Positions 37,001 through 49,027 of a DNA stretch of 64,000 nucleotides are shown piece by piece (the stretch's first letter is position 1; each line of letters starts with the position of its first letter). The stretch is from Phoronis australis (taxonomy: Eukaryota > Animalia > Phoronida), in assembly GCA_002633005.1 (NCBI GenBank), contig NMRA01000325.1, positions 390,836-454,835 of the forward strand, in the 5' to 3' direction. Position numbers and translations under genes: made by a program. The notes under the pieces are model-generated. The model did not search any database, had not been told where the DNA came from, and was given only the letters and a program-made list of their open reading frames with translations.

Positions 37001-40000
37001 CCCCTTAGAATTTTCACCAAGGTTTTTACATTTCTCAGAATTACAATAACACCATTGGTTCTTGTAAAAGTGGGAGTAACTTAAATTTAACATCGCCCAT
37101 TTCTGGTGTTCTGGCTTTGTTGTACGTTTACGTCCATTTAGGAAATCTCCGTAGGCAGTTAAACTGTTCCCAGCTCTTGCAATTTCATGCCTCTGTTACT
37201 GCCTACATTTAGTTACTGAAGGTTTTTGCAAGTGCAATATTTGGCTGATGCTCCGTTAATGTTGAGAAGGGACTGGTGTTTGTGGGTTAATATCATCAAG
37301 TGTCCCTTATTGTTTGGCTTAATCATGTTAAGAACATGTTAAGAGCACTCCAACCGGCCTTGTCAATGATGGAACTTTTTTCAACGATATTCAGATTTTC
37401 AAAAACATTTTCTGTTGAAATAGGATTCTGTCTCCCTATTTCTTCTGAATTCTTAAACCTAAACACACTACCAATGAAACAATGAGTCATGGGGACGAAT
37501 TGTCCAGTTGTCCATTAAAAATCACAAATGACTCCCTTCGAATATTGTAAGAAGCTTTGTGCGCTTGTAGTTCAGTCCTTCATTTCCTGTTTTCTGCTTG
37601 TGCTCAACCACGTAATGTTGGTTTTTATTGTACAGGCAATCTCGCGACAGAAACAATATAGTACCATGACTACCAATGGGCAGAGTGATGGTCAGACAAG
37701 TGCCGACGCCCAGAGGGTTTGTTTCGTCACGATTTGCTTCTTAACACTAGAGTTGAGCTGTCTAAAACATACCACATACCGTTAAGATTGGAACTAGTTT
37801 TACATTTAAAAAATACTTGAAAGTAACATCTTGTTTTATTCTTGAATATTTGACCAAAAACATCAGTCAGAGTACACCTATAAAGTGTTAAACATCCTTT
37901 TTTTCACATGGAGTTCTGAAGTGCTGTTAAATATTTTTGTCTCACTGATTCCAAACCAGGAATGTTTTTTCACAGCTTGATGGGAATATGTGAGCTTGGG
38001 TTGTCTGCGTCTTCTTAGACTAACAACTATCCTCAGTCCAGCCTTCTGACTTGTCTTTTCTGCTTCAACCTTGCCAGAGCTGAATGCCAACAGGGGGCTC
38101 TTGTGTTGAATACTGCTTGAGCAGTGTTGACAATAACTGAAGCTCACAAAAAATAAATTAATATGCAGTTTCAAATTTATCCGAGGTCTGGTTTTAAATG
38201 ATTGATGAAGTCAGTCGAATGATTTTCATAGCTTTCTTTGTTCATTTCACTTGTTGAGTTGGGAATGCCTTTAAAGGTCTTTTGTCTAGTTGCTTGCTTC
38301 ATGCTCACTTCATCCCTAGCACACATCTCCCCCAGTTCACTGCTCCTGGGTTATTCAACCTTTGTGTAAATATGCAAAGTTTGTGTTTTGAATTATAAGT
38401 AATTTAATTTTCTCTGTTTTGTTGATGTTTGGTATTTGTCGCAAATTTCATTTTTCCTGACATCATGATTGTGAGATTGTTAGTTTAAGTTAGCCATATA
38501 TTGTAAGTCTGTTTTTGCTTACTTGACAAAACATTTGAAGCCAAAAAACATAGTTGGTTCAGATCTCTATCAGACTCATTTTGCAACCTGTACTCTCCGA
38601 CTAAAATAAAAAATGCCCACCTGCATCAATTTCAGCCAAGGTCTAACTTGTGTGTTTTTTGAATAGCTGTACAAAGGCACATCAACAAGGTTTGAATGAC
38701 CATCATTTCCTGAGCAATTAGTAAAAAAAGATCAAAATCCTGCATCATTTTTGCTTGTCCCAGGTGGATTTTCTGTTTCGAAAAAGTGGGCAACTTGAAA
38801 TACTGCACCACTGACTCGATTGTCAAAGCAAAACAAAGACCAGGGCCAACTATGCCTTTTTGGGCTTTGCAGAAAGTTGCCTGTTTGTGGCTGGAAGTCA
38901 CTCCAAAGAAACTACCGGTACTTTGAATTTGAGTACAGAAATCGGTTGATGTGTTTTCTAATGCTGGTCACTTGTGAGACACTTGGAGAAAGATATGCAA
39001 TGAAACAAGAAATATTCTGGGCTTTACCCATCGTTTGCTTTTCTCAATGAGATATTCTGGACGTATGATCGTCCGATCAGTTTTAGTGGCGGTCATTGTG
39101 TTGATGTTTGCAAGCAAGGTTCTAAGGTAACCTTGTGATATGTTTTATTGCACTTGCGTGATTGCGCCACTTGCGCTACAAATTTGAAAATCCCCTGTGA
39201 AGGTTATGGTTGGACAATGGCTGTGACAGTTTGTTTTATCTTACAGTCACCTGAACAACCACAGCCAGTGGATACGAGGCCTGTAGAGAGTCGCCATGAA
39301 CAACCCAATGTCATCATAAGACTGTGGTATAAGTTTGATCACAGATATCCTTTATGCTGGTTTTTACCGCCAATATCTTCCCATTTTGTTGAAAGAAAGC
39401 TGTGTGTCCTGTCAAAAGCCCNTCACAGCTTGATGGGAATATGTGAGCTTGGGCTGTCTGCGTCTTCTTAGACCAACTATCCTCAGTCTAGCCTTCTGAC
39501 TTGTCTTTTCTGCTTCAACCTTGCCAGAGCTGAATGCCAACAGGGGGCTCTTGTGTTGAATACTGCTTGAGCACTGTTGACAATAACTGAAGCTCACAAA
39601 AAATAAATTAATATGCAGTTTCAAATTTATCCGAGGTCTGGTTTTAAATTATTGATGAAGTCAGTCGAATGATTTTCATAGCTTTCTTTGTTCATTTCAC
39701 TTGTTGAGTTGGGAATGCCTTTAAAGGTCTTTAGTCTAGTAGCTTGCTTCATGCTCTCTTCACCCCTAGCACACATCTCCCCCACTTCACTGCTCCTGGG
39801 TTATTCAACCTTTGTGTAAATATGCAAAGTTTGTGTTTTGAATGATAAGTAATTTAATTTTCTCTGTTTTGTTGATGTTTGGTATTTGTCGCAAATTTCA
39901 TTTTTCCTGACATCATGATTGTGAGATTGTTAGTTTAAGTTAGCCATATAATGTAAGTCTGTTTTTGCTTACTTGACAAAACATCTGAAGCCAAAAAACA

Positions 40001-43000
40001 TAGTTGGTTCAGATCTCTATCAGACTCATTTTGAGACCTGTACTCTCCGACTAAAATAAAAAATGCCCACCTGCATCAATTTCAGCCAAGGTCTAACTTG
40101 TGTGTTTTTTGAACAGCTGTACAAAGGCACATCAACAAGGTTTGAATGACCATCATTTCCTGAGCAATTAGTAAAAAAAGATCAAAATCCTGCATCGTTT
40201 TTGCTTGTCCCAGGTGGATTTTCTGTTTCGAAAAAGTGGGCAACTTCAAATACTGCACCACTGACTCGATTTTCAAAGCAAAACAAAGACCAGGGCCAAC
40301 TATGCCTTTTTGGGCTTTGCAGAAAGTTGCCTGTTTGTGGCTGGAAGTCACTCCAAACGGTTTCTCAAAGAAACTACTGGTACTTTGAATTTCAGTACAG
40401 AAATCAGTTGATGTGTTTTCTAATGCTGGTCACTTGTGAGACACTTGGAGAAAGATATGCAATGAAACAAGAACTATTCTGGACTTTACCCATCGTTTGC
40501 TTTTCTCAATGAGATATTCTGGACGTATGATCGTCCGATCAGTTTTAGTGGCGGTCATTGTGTTGGTGTTTGCAAGCAAGGTTCTAAGGTAACCTTGTGA
40601 TATGTTTTATTGCACTTGCGTGATTGCGCCACTTGCGCTACAAATTTGAAAATCCCCTGTGAAGGTTATGGTTGGACAATGGCTGTGACAGTTTGTTTTA
40701 TCTTACAGTCACCTGAACAACCACAGCCAGTGGATACGAGGCCTGTAGAGAGTCGCCATGAACAACCCAATGTCATCATAAGACTGTGGTATAAGTTTGA
40801 TCACAGATATCCTTTATGCTGGTTTTTACCGCCAATATCTTCCCATTTTGTTGAAAGAAAGCCGAGTGTCCTGTCAAAAGCCCTAAGTTCCTGAATGTTG
40901 TAAATAAGTTTCTAAGTATTAACAGCATAGCCATAAAAGTACATATTTTCAAACATACACCATCCAGTGGCCATTTTTGTGACACAAATAAACACCTTAG
41001 AAGCACAGTGTTTGCAGTGCATTTGTGGGCGCATTTCAATGCTTCGCATTGCTCTTGCAATGTCTGTTGATAGTAAATTTCAGCAGTATTGCACAGATTA
41101 GTAATTTGAAGCGTGAGGCAAGGCTCTAGATACTCTAATGAACGATGGCATGGAAATGTTATGGTTTTGTTTTTTTCCTAGTACAGCACTCACATGCTAC
41201 TCATTTATAAGGTTAATGTCTGATCCGCTGTGATTGGTCAGAATTCAGCACTTTGCACATTCAGTTAAGCTTGTTGCTAGTAAGATGGCTGATAGCCAAT
41301 ATAAACTTCAAAATCAGCAATAGCCAATGTTTGTGAATGCACTTTTTAATCCACAGATTTGCTTTCTGACCAGACTTTTCATATATCTTTTACTAAATAA
41401 AAATGTATATATGTGAAATCTAAAGCACACTTTTGTTGAGAAGTAGCTGTTGATTTTTTCAGTGATTGAAATGTTCTTGTCATACATTTCCTGTGTGCCT
41501 TAACTGATCGCACATTTATGAAACCACTACTTACACACAGCCGCCCCCTGTTGACAGAAACATGCCCTGCATGTTGTTACGGTCTGGCCTTGTTATTGAC
41601 GAGCGACAGGCAACTATCTACGGTGAGTACGAATTGATTAGTGTTCGTGAATTATTAATGATGTCTAAAAGTATAAACAAAAATGCTCTGATTCAGTTTT
41701 TGCAACAAAGCAACATTTGTGTTTTTATCCATGATTCTACATTTCTTCAGCGGCCATTAACAATAATGATTCCCTTTCCGCTTAAATTTATTGGAATTGG
41801 CATTGCAGGACCGTCGTCAGTCCTCAGACTCGGACACTGACTTGATCATCGATGACACAGAGCTGGAGTACGGTGAGCCAACACCACCAGTGACACCTGG
41901 TGATAACGGACCACGGGATATCAGTAATACAGTTACAGTAAGTGTTTAGTCGTCTGTTTAAAGCTGAACGAGATTTTTTTGTTTTTGAAAGATTTTCTGC
42001 AATAACAAAATGAGCATTTTGTATAGTCACACAAGGCCTTGGTGCAGAGATTGTCGAGTTGATTGGCATTAGATGTCATTCTTGGACACGTAGTCATTCA
42101 TACAGGTTTAACAGTGATATCCAGGAATGGGGGATCCAAAGTCATCACTGTTACAATATTTGTAACCTGCTTATATCAATTTGATCAGAAAAAAGGAGAT
42201 TTCTTATCCTAAGTATAACTGTATAGTAGATCCTCCACAACTTGAAGATACTGTCAAGTCATTTTAATTTAGTTTTCCAAAAGCCACTTTTTTCTTGTGA
42301 AATGGAAAAGGTGAATCGAGAACCATGTCACATCCTTTCAGGCGATGTCCCGTCGAAATGGTGAGCTAGGTTTGCTATATTTTTTTTAGCCTGTTACCTA
42401 CTGTTGACCCTGTTCTTGCCGGATTGCATATTTCCTGGTGCCCTGGGTTGACCGTGTTGAAAACACAAGTTCTGACGTTTTTCTAAATGTAACCAGGGAT
42501 GCATTGTTGCCAAAGTCCCAAGAATCGGGAATAAAGTCGAAGTCCCAGACTTCAAATTTGAATAAATCAACTGAGCAGCGGAGCATCTTCTAGCATGACT
42601 TATCCTGTGTTATTTGAAGCACTAACTCGCTGCGTCAAAAAATGAAAAAAAATTGTACTATCCCAATGCATATACCGAAACAGTGATTTTAAAAAATGGT
42701 GCTACATGTAGATTTAAGTGCTCTCATGTGCTAAATTTAAAATTTCTTCACGCCAAATCTTTTTGTTCTTTAAGACATTTTGGAAAGAAAATTGAACTTA
42801 GTCAAAAACCTCACTGTTTTCCCCATGATTCACCAGTTTAGGTGGTTACAACACACATCAATAAAATTTACTGAAGTCATCAGCCAACTCTTCGTATACA
42901 AATTATAAAGAAAATTTTTATTTTGAAGGATTCTTAGTTAAGTGCATATTAAAGTTCCAAGAAAAAGATTTCATCATTAGTTCAGAACAACATTTACAAG

Positions 43001-46000
43001 TCTTTAGTAAGAGTCTGTGATATAGCAAGATCATTCCTGCATGACGTACACCAGCATTGCTCACAAGGGAAACCCTAAATATTTTAATGCATTTTACGTG
43101 CATATTTTATATTTGTGTTTGCTTTGATTTGTTATTTATATTGTACTTTCATTTGCCTTGTTTTGTTTATCAGTCCTGATACTTGTATTTACAAGTAAAT
43201 CTGATTTTTTTCTGTTGAACAGCTCACTAAAGTCACTTTTTGGTTTCTTCATTCTTTGAGCAGTGTGATAAACGTAAACTTTTGTCTCTGTTTTATTTCT
43301 TTGTCGCTCAGCTAAAATGGCTGACTTGTGTCTTTATTGCTTTTGTACTGTTAAAGCCAGATTCTAACAGCAGATTTAGCTGAAAATGTCCACAACTCTC
43401 TTATTCATGTATGTCAAGCTCTCTTTTTTAATGTCCTTTTTTGTTGAATATTTCTTTAACAGTTCTTAACTGATCAAGACATTTTAATTCATCCAGTATA
43501 TTTTGTTCTTCAAGGCAGAGGATGTGCCTCTGATAATCGCCTAGTCATCTTTAAAAGTCAAGCGTAGGTTTAATTCGCAATTCGGCTATTTTGCACCACA
43601 ACTATGGGTATGCAGAACTAGAATATCACATGTAGCTGATAGGCAAAGCACAGCATAAAGGAGAGGTGCAACGTTTAGTTTGCAACAACTAGTTTTGTGT
43701 TTAATAGAAAAGCCAGTTTTGGTGAGGCAAACATGACCGGTCATGTCATTATATTGTTACTTGTGAAAAGAGACTGTTACAGTAGAACTAAAGCTACGTG
43801 TGTGTTGTATACACCCAAACAAATGCAACATTCCTCCCTCATTCATACTCGCACATTGGCATTAGCTCCGCGGCCTAGAAGTACTTTTTTGGCTTGCTGT
43901 GTTGTTTGCATTTTTGTTTGGTTTTGCTGTTGCTGTCGAAATCACTATCACCTAGTAAATATATGTCACATTGGGCTGCCAGAGGTATTTAGTAAACTGT
44001 GGGAAGTGAAGGTTCCTTTCAACCCAACACTGAGCCAAGTTTGATAACTGTGTTATCAGAAGTATTGTATTATCTCCCTATCAAATCTGTTATTGAAATA
44101 AGACAGTGGTGTTTTGCCTTTCTTGTAAAACCTCATTTGGAATGTGAAGCTTGGCATCCTTTAAAAACCATCGAGAATTCTGTAGCTACCAAATTATGAT
44201 TTTATGAAACAGTTCCAAACTCGTTTGTTTCCAAAGCGAAACCTAAAAATTGTCCACGTGCATGTTTTGAAATTGACCCTTACCGACCTTTAACCTCAAC
44301 CCGACCTTAACCTATGACACCGACACCATTTCCTTTAGGAGAGACCAGAAAATGCAGAATGAAGGTAAGGTTGACCAGGGTTAATAACATCCACTATAGC
44401 GCTTCCTCCCTGATCAGCTTGGATAGTGGTGGGCATTGGCATACTCGATTATCTCCCCCTGTTGATTCTATGTTATGGGAGGTGGTGGCGGTAAAGCATG
44501 TTGCGTTGTGGAAAACCTTCGGTGTTGATCCTGCTTCAGTGGGAGGAGGGAATAACCTGCGGGCTCAACCATTTCACATAGCTGCCTGTCTTCATCTGGA
44601 TAGACTTGTTGGAACATATTAGTTCAAAGGGATTTGTGTTGAGTTCTTGAATAAAATCATGATTGTTGTTGTGTGTTCTTCCCTTGTTCTGCATAGTACA
44701 TAGCTGTGAGGTCAAACTTATAGTGTTAGGGTATTGAATGGTCCCATGTCATAGTCCTTGGTAGTAAACTGTAAAAATAACATACCACTTGTTATTCAAT
44801 ATATATTATTATTGTTGTTATTGTTATTACTGGATGACCCTTGTGTCCAATTTAAGGGGTTTATTACGAAATGTTGAAAGTATATCAGAATTTCTGTTAC
44901 CAACATTTTCCATCAAGATTTACTTGTAACACTGCTAGGTGATCGCATGTTTACGATATCACTTTGATCTCTTTCAGTTAAACATTGCTGATAACTCTGT
45001 ATTAAGTTGAAGGTTTGTTGATTTGGAACTGTGTGTGTGCTGGATCTTACTTTTTCATACCAAATGAGTGTTGTAACCTTTAACTAGGTATTTTGGGTAG
45101 CCAATCACATTCCTTGATTTTGTGACGTGTGTCTTAAATTTCTGCTTTCTTAGTCATTTAATGTGACCTTAATGTGACTTTCACAGTGTTACCAACAAAG
45201 TGGAACATCTAGATTTAGAATGAACTGTTCTTCCTGTGTACAATGACTTGTCCTGTATTGCACATAGTTACTACTGTTGCTGTTTCTTTTATGATTGTTA
45301 TTAGTTATTATGTTCCCAAGTAAATGTAGTGTGGGTGCATGTTTCAATCATCTCTTGTTTGAGAACCCCAGCGTCCTCCCCCACACATGTATCAAATGGC
45401 TTGAAGGACCTTCTTGAATTTTGATCTGACATTTTTATATCGAAAAGAGGATTTGCCCTGCCCGCATCTGAAGGGATGTGACTACTGGAAATTTTATGTT
45501 TTTATTGGTCATCGTATCTACAAAATTGGCGAGTTAATATTTGTAAGAAGGTGGGAATCATAATGTTGTGTACCCCCTACTATTTTGATTCCGTTTTTGG
45601 TGTCCACCTAAGTTTCTGCTACGTAAATGGTTTGAAGTGTCATTATGAAGTTTGGCACGGCCTATTGACATGGCTGATGTTGATTGATTTTTAGATGGAC
45701 CCAAATACCATTATGCCCCCTAGTGGCAGTTTTAGTTTGTTTGCACTTGCCTCAGGATCTCTCGTGAAGGATCAACATGAATATGATATCGACCATTTGT
45801 GATGCACAAGATTGGCTCATAATAATGGTGTTAACAATTAATCAAATTAGAATAATCTTATATGAATTGATATTAATCTTGAATAAGTGATGATTAATTT
45901 TACGCATAATTGATGATGATAATACTTATCAGCAGTAATATTATTATTCATGCAATAGTAATGAGTGCTATTATTCCATGACCACTGATGCCTTTGTCTT

Positions 46001-49000
46001 CTGACTGGCTAAAATGCAACTTCCATTAAGAGGTGGTGACTTTTCATTCAAGCCACCTAGATCATAGAAGTCACTATTTGATCAGATGCTATAGAAACCA
46101 CAAACCTTCATTTGCTATCAAAGCCTACATTGACGTGTATTATCTTATTTATAGCCGTAACAAAAGTCTACACAATGAAATTACACAATTTGTTTGCTTG
46201 AGCGCGTCACGATAACCTGTCATGTGAACCCAACGCTGTCCACACTGCGTTGTCATAGTGACTGTTTAGCGAGAAAGATAACCCATTACGCCCCACACTG
46301 CATTGTCATGGTGACCCTGTTTTAGCGAGAGAGATGTCTTTTCATATTTTTTGGTCAGTGTGATACATCGTGGGCAAATTGTTCTCTTTTGGCCACAATT
46401 GCAAGTAAAATATGCCAAGAGGCAAAGAAGCCAGAGAAGGCAAGCATCAGTTGGTATGCAATTACACTATTAACATAGATTACACTCGGACATATCATGA
46501 CATCAACCAGGTAAATACAATGTTACCATTGGCTCTGGACAATACTGCTTTCAGTCAGTCCATACAACCTGATATCACCCATGACGTTCATTTGGCTTTT
46601 TTCTAGTCTAAATGGCCTCAAAGGATGTCAAATTGAGTATCACCTATTTCAATTTAAGACCTGGCAAAGCACCGCAGATGCAATGCAGTATATGTGAAGC
46701 GATATTTTCCAACCATATCTGCGTCTTCATGTAAATGTGATCCTAGTTGTTCTCACAACTTCAAGTTGTCAATAAATCCCCTTGTAGAATTTTAAGACCA
46801 CAGTTGTTATTGAAACCAGATTTTGTGTTTCACCAGGCATTGCTAGTAAGCTCACCTATGATTTCTGTCACGAATAACAAAAACTGACTTACCCGGTAGT
46901 GCCTTTCCTGGATTTTTGTCTTTGGTCTTCAGCCTTAAGTCTCAAGACACATTTCACGAAACAAGCCCCTGTAACTCAATTGTTTCCGTTATTTTAGTTA
47001 AATTCTCGACCACGCCACTTATATTTCGACGTTGATGGTAAATATACTCAGCAGTATTCAGCAGAACATGGCACTGCAGTAACTGTGATTTGCAATATGA
47101 TTGTCACTTGACAATTTGGTACTCGGCCTTTCATGTTTGAAGTAAGTGCAATGTACCAGAAAGTCTCACTGTGTCAAGGTTCTTTCTCCTTCACATGCAT
47201 GCAAGTATGACTCTGAATGGTGGATTGTGGGTAGGATATCCTATTATCAACAAAGGCAGAGGATCCATGAATCTGCTTCAGACGCTGGAGCAGTGGATGT
47301 CCAAAGTCACATGTTCATTTTGTCATTGTATCAGTTAGAGTTGAGTATTGCCATGTGACAGGCAACACTATTTACTATTTCATTAACAGTGGGTTGTGTG
47401 CGGTCACCAACCTTATGATATTTCAGCAGAAACGAGTTGTGCACCGACATTAAAAATTAAAAGTTGAGGAAAGTACATGTCCAAGCAAGAGCTACTCACT
47501 TTCGATGTTTAGTCAAACTTCACAGTAAATAAATGTGATGTTCTGTTTCTGGGTTCGTTAGGAATACTGTAGCACTGATTTGGAGTGTAAAAATTATGTA
47601 ATCATTGCTGTCTCATTTGTTGTTACAGGAGGAGCAGACTTGTATTAATTTCAAAGTCTTTCTTTGTTATGATTTCCATTTCTGTTTGGACATGTTTTGT
47701 ACATCACAATGTCATGTAATAGGCTCGTCCTGAAAAATCTAAACGCCACACTTATTCTAAGGTATTTACCCATATCCAATACGTGTGTCAAGCACATTTC
47801 CTGCTTCTTCACAGGCAACTGTACTATTGGCTATCTCACATCTTAAATGTTAGGTAAATCATGACTGTAATGCAGGCGTACTGGTATTACAAGATCGCAT
47901 GTTGAGTGACTCCAAGAAATTAGCAAATGGAAAATGTCAGTGCTGGTAGCACAGTGTATAGTTCTTCCACTGTTGATTAACCCAGGAGTGCCTGGCACTT
48001 TGAAAGTAGGTCAGTCGTCCAATGTATTTTTCTACCTTTGCAAGACAGGAGAGTTCAATTCAGGACGGGCCTATTTACTATATGCACTAACTTTCTGGTT
48101 GACCTAAGTTAATTGTGGTTTAGTTCTTGCTCTGAAGTATCTACCGCGACCTTGTTTGGACACAACTTGTATATGTGTATGGATGTGTTTTCAAGAACTA
48201 ATAGTTTTTGTTGAAATCTTTCGACTTGACAATTTTATGTTCTAAGGATTTCATGATACAGATGTAATATTGTGAACTATGAAATGGGACTAATTCATGA
48301 TGAAAAACCTGGAAAATGATTAAAACTAGTTTTGATGTATGAAAAACTCACGAAAAAGGAAAATGTTGAGAGTTCATAACATTAATTAAAAACCTTCGTT
48401 TTCCTATCTAGCATGTAGTTAATAAGAATGACCAATGTGTTTTCATTTTTGTGGCAACAATAAATTATTAAAGATTAAATAATTTCTGGGAAACATCATA
48501 GAAAATGGAACCCAGTATGAGAAGGAATCATTAATTAGCATGGTAAAAAATCTTCAATTTTGAACAAAAATAATATAAATTTGTCACTTTTCTATTTTTC
48601 AGTAGCTTCCTAATTTGCTGCTAATGCTCAGAATTTTTGCCAAATCTTTTTGTTGAGTCGCTCTGTACAAAATACAAAAAATACTGAAAAAGTTTCTGTT
48701 GTTGAAAAATTAAGTGCAATAAGACTTCACGTCTGTCATGGTGTGTCCCAAAGTGAAGAATTTTTATGTAATTGTGGTAGAACTAGTTGGCATGGAGTTG
48801 GGCATTTTACTCAGTTTTTATTATTATTAGTTTGCGGCTACATGTGGTCAAATCCTGGTTTATGCTAATCCAAATTGAAGTATATTGTGAGTGTCATGAT
48901 TGTTTATTTTTTCATTTTGTAGAGTGCTGACCTTGATGATGGAGATTTGGGCGTGGGAGTGAGTACACCAAATACACCGGTCAACACACAGCTGAGGATA

Positions 49001-49027
49001 CGAGGACTGGAGGGGGATTTACTATGA
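18808..49027 (+). CDS. SLC9A6/7/9: Endosomal/organellar Na+(K+)/H+ exchanger of the NHE6/7/9 clade, 18 coding exons, ~709 aa
   Basis: Exons 18808-19081, 23326-23525, 28321-28398 (dup 26071-26148), 28858-28934 (dup 26607-26683), 29414-29517, 30709-30814, 31671-31812, 32689-32794, 33170-33258, 34263-34376, 34942-35053, 36015-36168, 36546-36597, 37636-37716, 40709-40806 (dup 39247-39344), 41514-41622, 41809-41937, 48923-49027 join in frame (2130 nt). Motifs [72 protein letters not shown]. Signal-peptide-like N-terminus. Confidence 0.96.
23326..23525 (+). CDS. SLC9A6/7/9: NHE6/7/9 exon 2
   Basis: TTTCAG| [10 protein letters not shown]...NEAELDIK |GTGGGT. Confidence 0.92.
26071..26148 (+). CDS. 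SLC9A6/7/9: NHE6/7/9 exon 3 (first, redundant copy)
   Basis: [26 protein letters not shown]; CAG|...|GTAACT. Confidence 0.85.
26607..26683 (+). CDS. SLC9A6/7/9: NHE6/7/9 exon 4 (first, redundant copy)
   Basis: [25 protein letters not shown]; donor |GTAAGT. Confidence 0.85.
26961..27090. repeat. 26-bp minisatellite x5, present once in the other haplotype block
   Basis: TTAAGGG(G/T)GCTACATGC(T/C)GTTATTCT repeated 5 times; a single copy at ~24855-24880. Confidence 0.9.
28321..28398 (+). CDS. SLC9A6/7/9: NHE6/7/9 exon 3
   Basis: Same peptide as 26071-26148, with one synonymous CAC/CAT difference. Confidence 0.92.
28858..28934 (+). CDS. SLC9A6/7/9: NHE6/7/9 exon 4
   Basis: [25 protein letters not shown]; phase 2 donor GG|GTAAGT. 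Confidence 0.92.
28926..29232 (+). repeat. 22-24-bp minisatellite derived from the exon 4 / intron 4 junction
   Basis: Units TGTGT(T/C)GG(G/T)TAAGTGTAATACCAA with shorter TTTGTCGAGTAAGTAATTCCGA variants; the first unit overlaps the real donor. Confidence 0.92.
29414..29517 (+). CDS. SLC9A6/7/9: NHE6/7/9 exon 5
   Basis: [34 protein letters not shown]. Confidence 0.93.
30709..30814 (+). CDS. SLC9A6/7/9: NHE6/7/9 exon 6 (ion-binding ND motif)
   Basis: [35 protein letters not shown]. Confidence 0.95.
31671..31812 (+). CDS. SLC9A6/7/9: NHE6/7/9 exon 7
   Basis: TVDSFG...[24 protein letters not shown], ending at U12 donor GTATCCTT. Confidence 0.92.
31813..32688 (+). other. U12-type (minor spliceosome) GT-AG intron 7
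   Basis: 5'ss GTATCCTT; branch site GCCTTAAC at 32670-32677, 11 nt before the end of the CAG acceptor; no polypyrimidine tract. Confidence 0.93.
32689..32794 (+). CDS. SLC9A6/7/9: NHE6/7/9 exon 8
   Basis: [35 protein letters not shown]. Confidence 0.94.
33170..33258 (+). CDS. SLC9A6/7/9: NHE6/7/9 exon 9
   Basis: [30 protein letters not shown] |GTGAGT. Confidence 0.95.
34263..34376 (+). CDS. SLC9A6/7/9: NHE6/7/9 exon 10
   Basis: [38 protein letters not shown]. Confidence 0.94.
34377..34941 (+). other. U12-type GT-AG intron 10 (variant donor)
   Basis: 5'ss GTATCTTTTT; branch site TTTCCTTGAC at 34919-34928, 13 nt before the end of the acceptor. Confidence 0.85.
34942..35053 (+). CDS. SLC9A6/7/9: NHE6/7/9 exon 11
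   Basis: [37 protein letters not shown]. Confidence 0.95.
36015..36168 (+). CDS. SLC9A6/7/9: NHE6/7/9 exon 12
   Basis: [51 protein letters not shown]. Confidence 0.96.
36546..36597 (+). CDS. SLC9A6/7/9: NHE6/7/9 exon 13
   Basis: [18 protein letters not shown]; TTCAG|...|GTAGGT; phases fit. Confidence 0.88.
37636..37716 (+). CDS. SLC9A6/7/9: NHE6/7/9 exon 14 (81 nt, phase 0-0, low conservation, possibly a cassette exon)
   Basis: TACAG| [27 protein letters not shown] |GTTTGT. Confidence 0.65.
39247..39344 (+). CDS. SLC9A6/7/9: NHE6/7/9 exon 15 (first, redundant copy)
   Basis: [32 protein letters not shown] |ATATCCTTT. Confidence 0.82.
40709..40806 (+). CDS. SLC9A6/7/9: NHE6/7/9 exon 15
   Basis: Identical to 39247-39344; ends at the AT-AC donor. 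Confidence 0.9.
40807..41513 (+). other. U12-type AT-AC intron 15
   Basis: 5'ss ATATCCTTT; branch site TGCCTTAAC at 41496-41504; 3'ss CAC at 41511-41513. Joining gives the conserved [13 protein letters not shown]. Confidence 0.95.
41514..41622 (+). CDS. SLC9A6/7/9: NHE6/7/9 exon 16
   Basis: [36 protein letters not shown] |GTGAGT. Confidence 0.93.
41809..41937 (+). CDS. SLC9A6/7/9: NHE6/7/9 exon 17
   Basis: [24 protein letters not shown]...ISNTVT |GTAAGT. Confidence 0.88.
48923..49027 (+). CDS. SLC9A6/7/9: NHE6/7/9 terminal coding exon 18
   Basis: Strong acceptor TTTTTTCATTTTGTAG| [34 protein letters not shown]; a GDLG motif occurs in NHE7/9-type tails. AATAAA candidates at ~49307-49316, ~49773 and ~51521. 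Confidence 0.82.
   Translation, partial: SADLDDGDLGVGVSTPNTPVNTQLRIRGLEGDLL

Larger units (their letters stand above)
37970..40883. repeat. Tandem pair of ~1.45-kb near-identical blocks joined by a single N (39422); probable haplotypic false duplication
   Basis: 37970-39421 matches 39423-40883 with SNPs and small indels; includes NHE exon 15. Confidence 0.9.

Noticed and set aside
26071-40806. Mutually exclusive duplicated NHE exons (3, 4, 15)
   Set aside because: The copies are protein-identical, duplicated together with their introns, and joined at single Ns, which is typical of haplotype overlap.
44270-44670. Possible SINE or Helentron remnant with (AACCT)-like repeats in the last NHE intron
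   Set aside because: No diagnostic termini or promoter boxes could be identified by eye.
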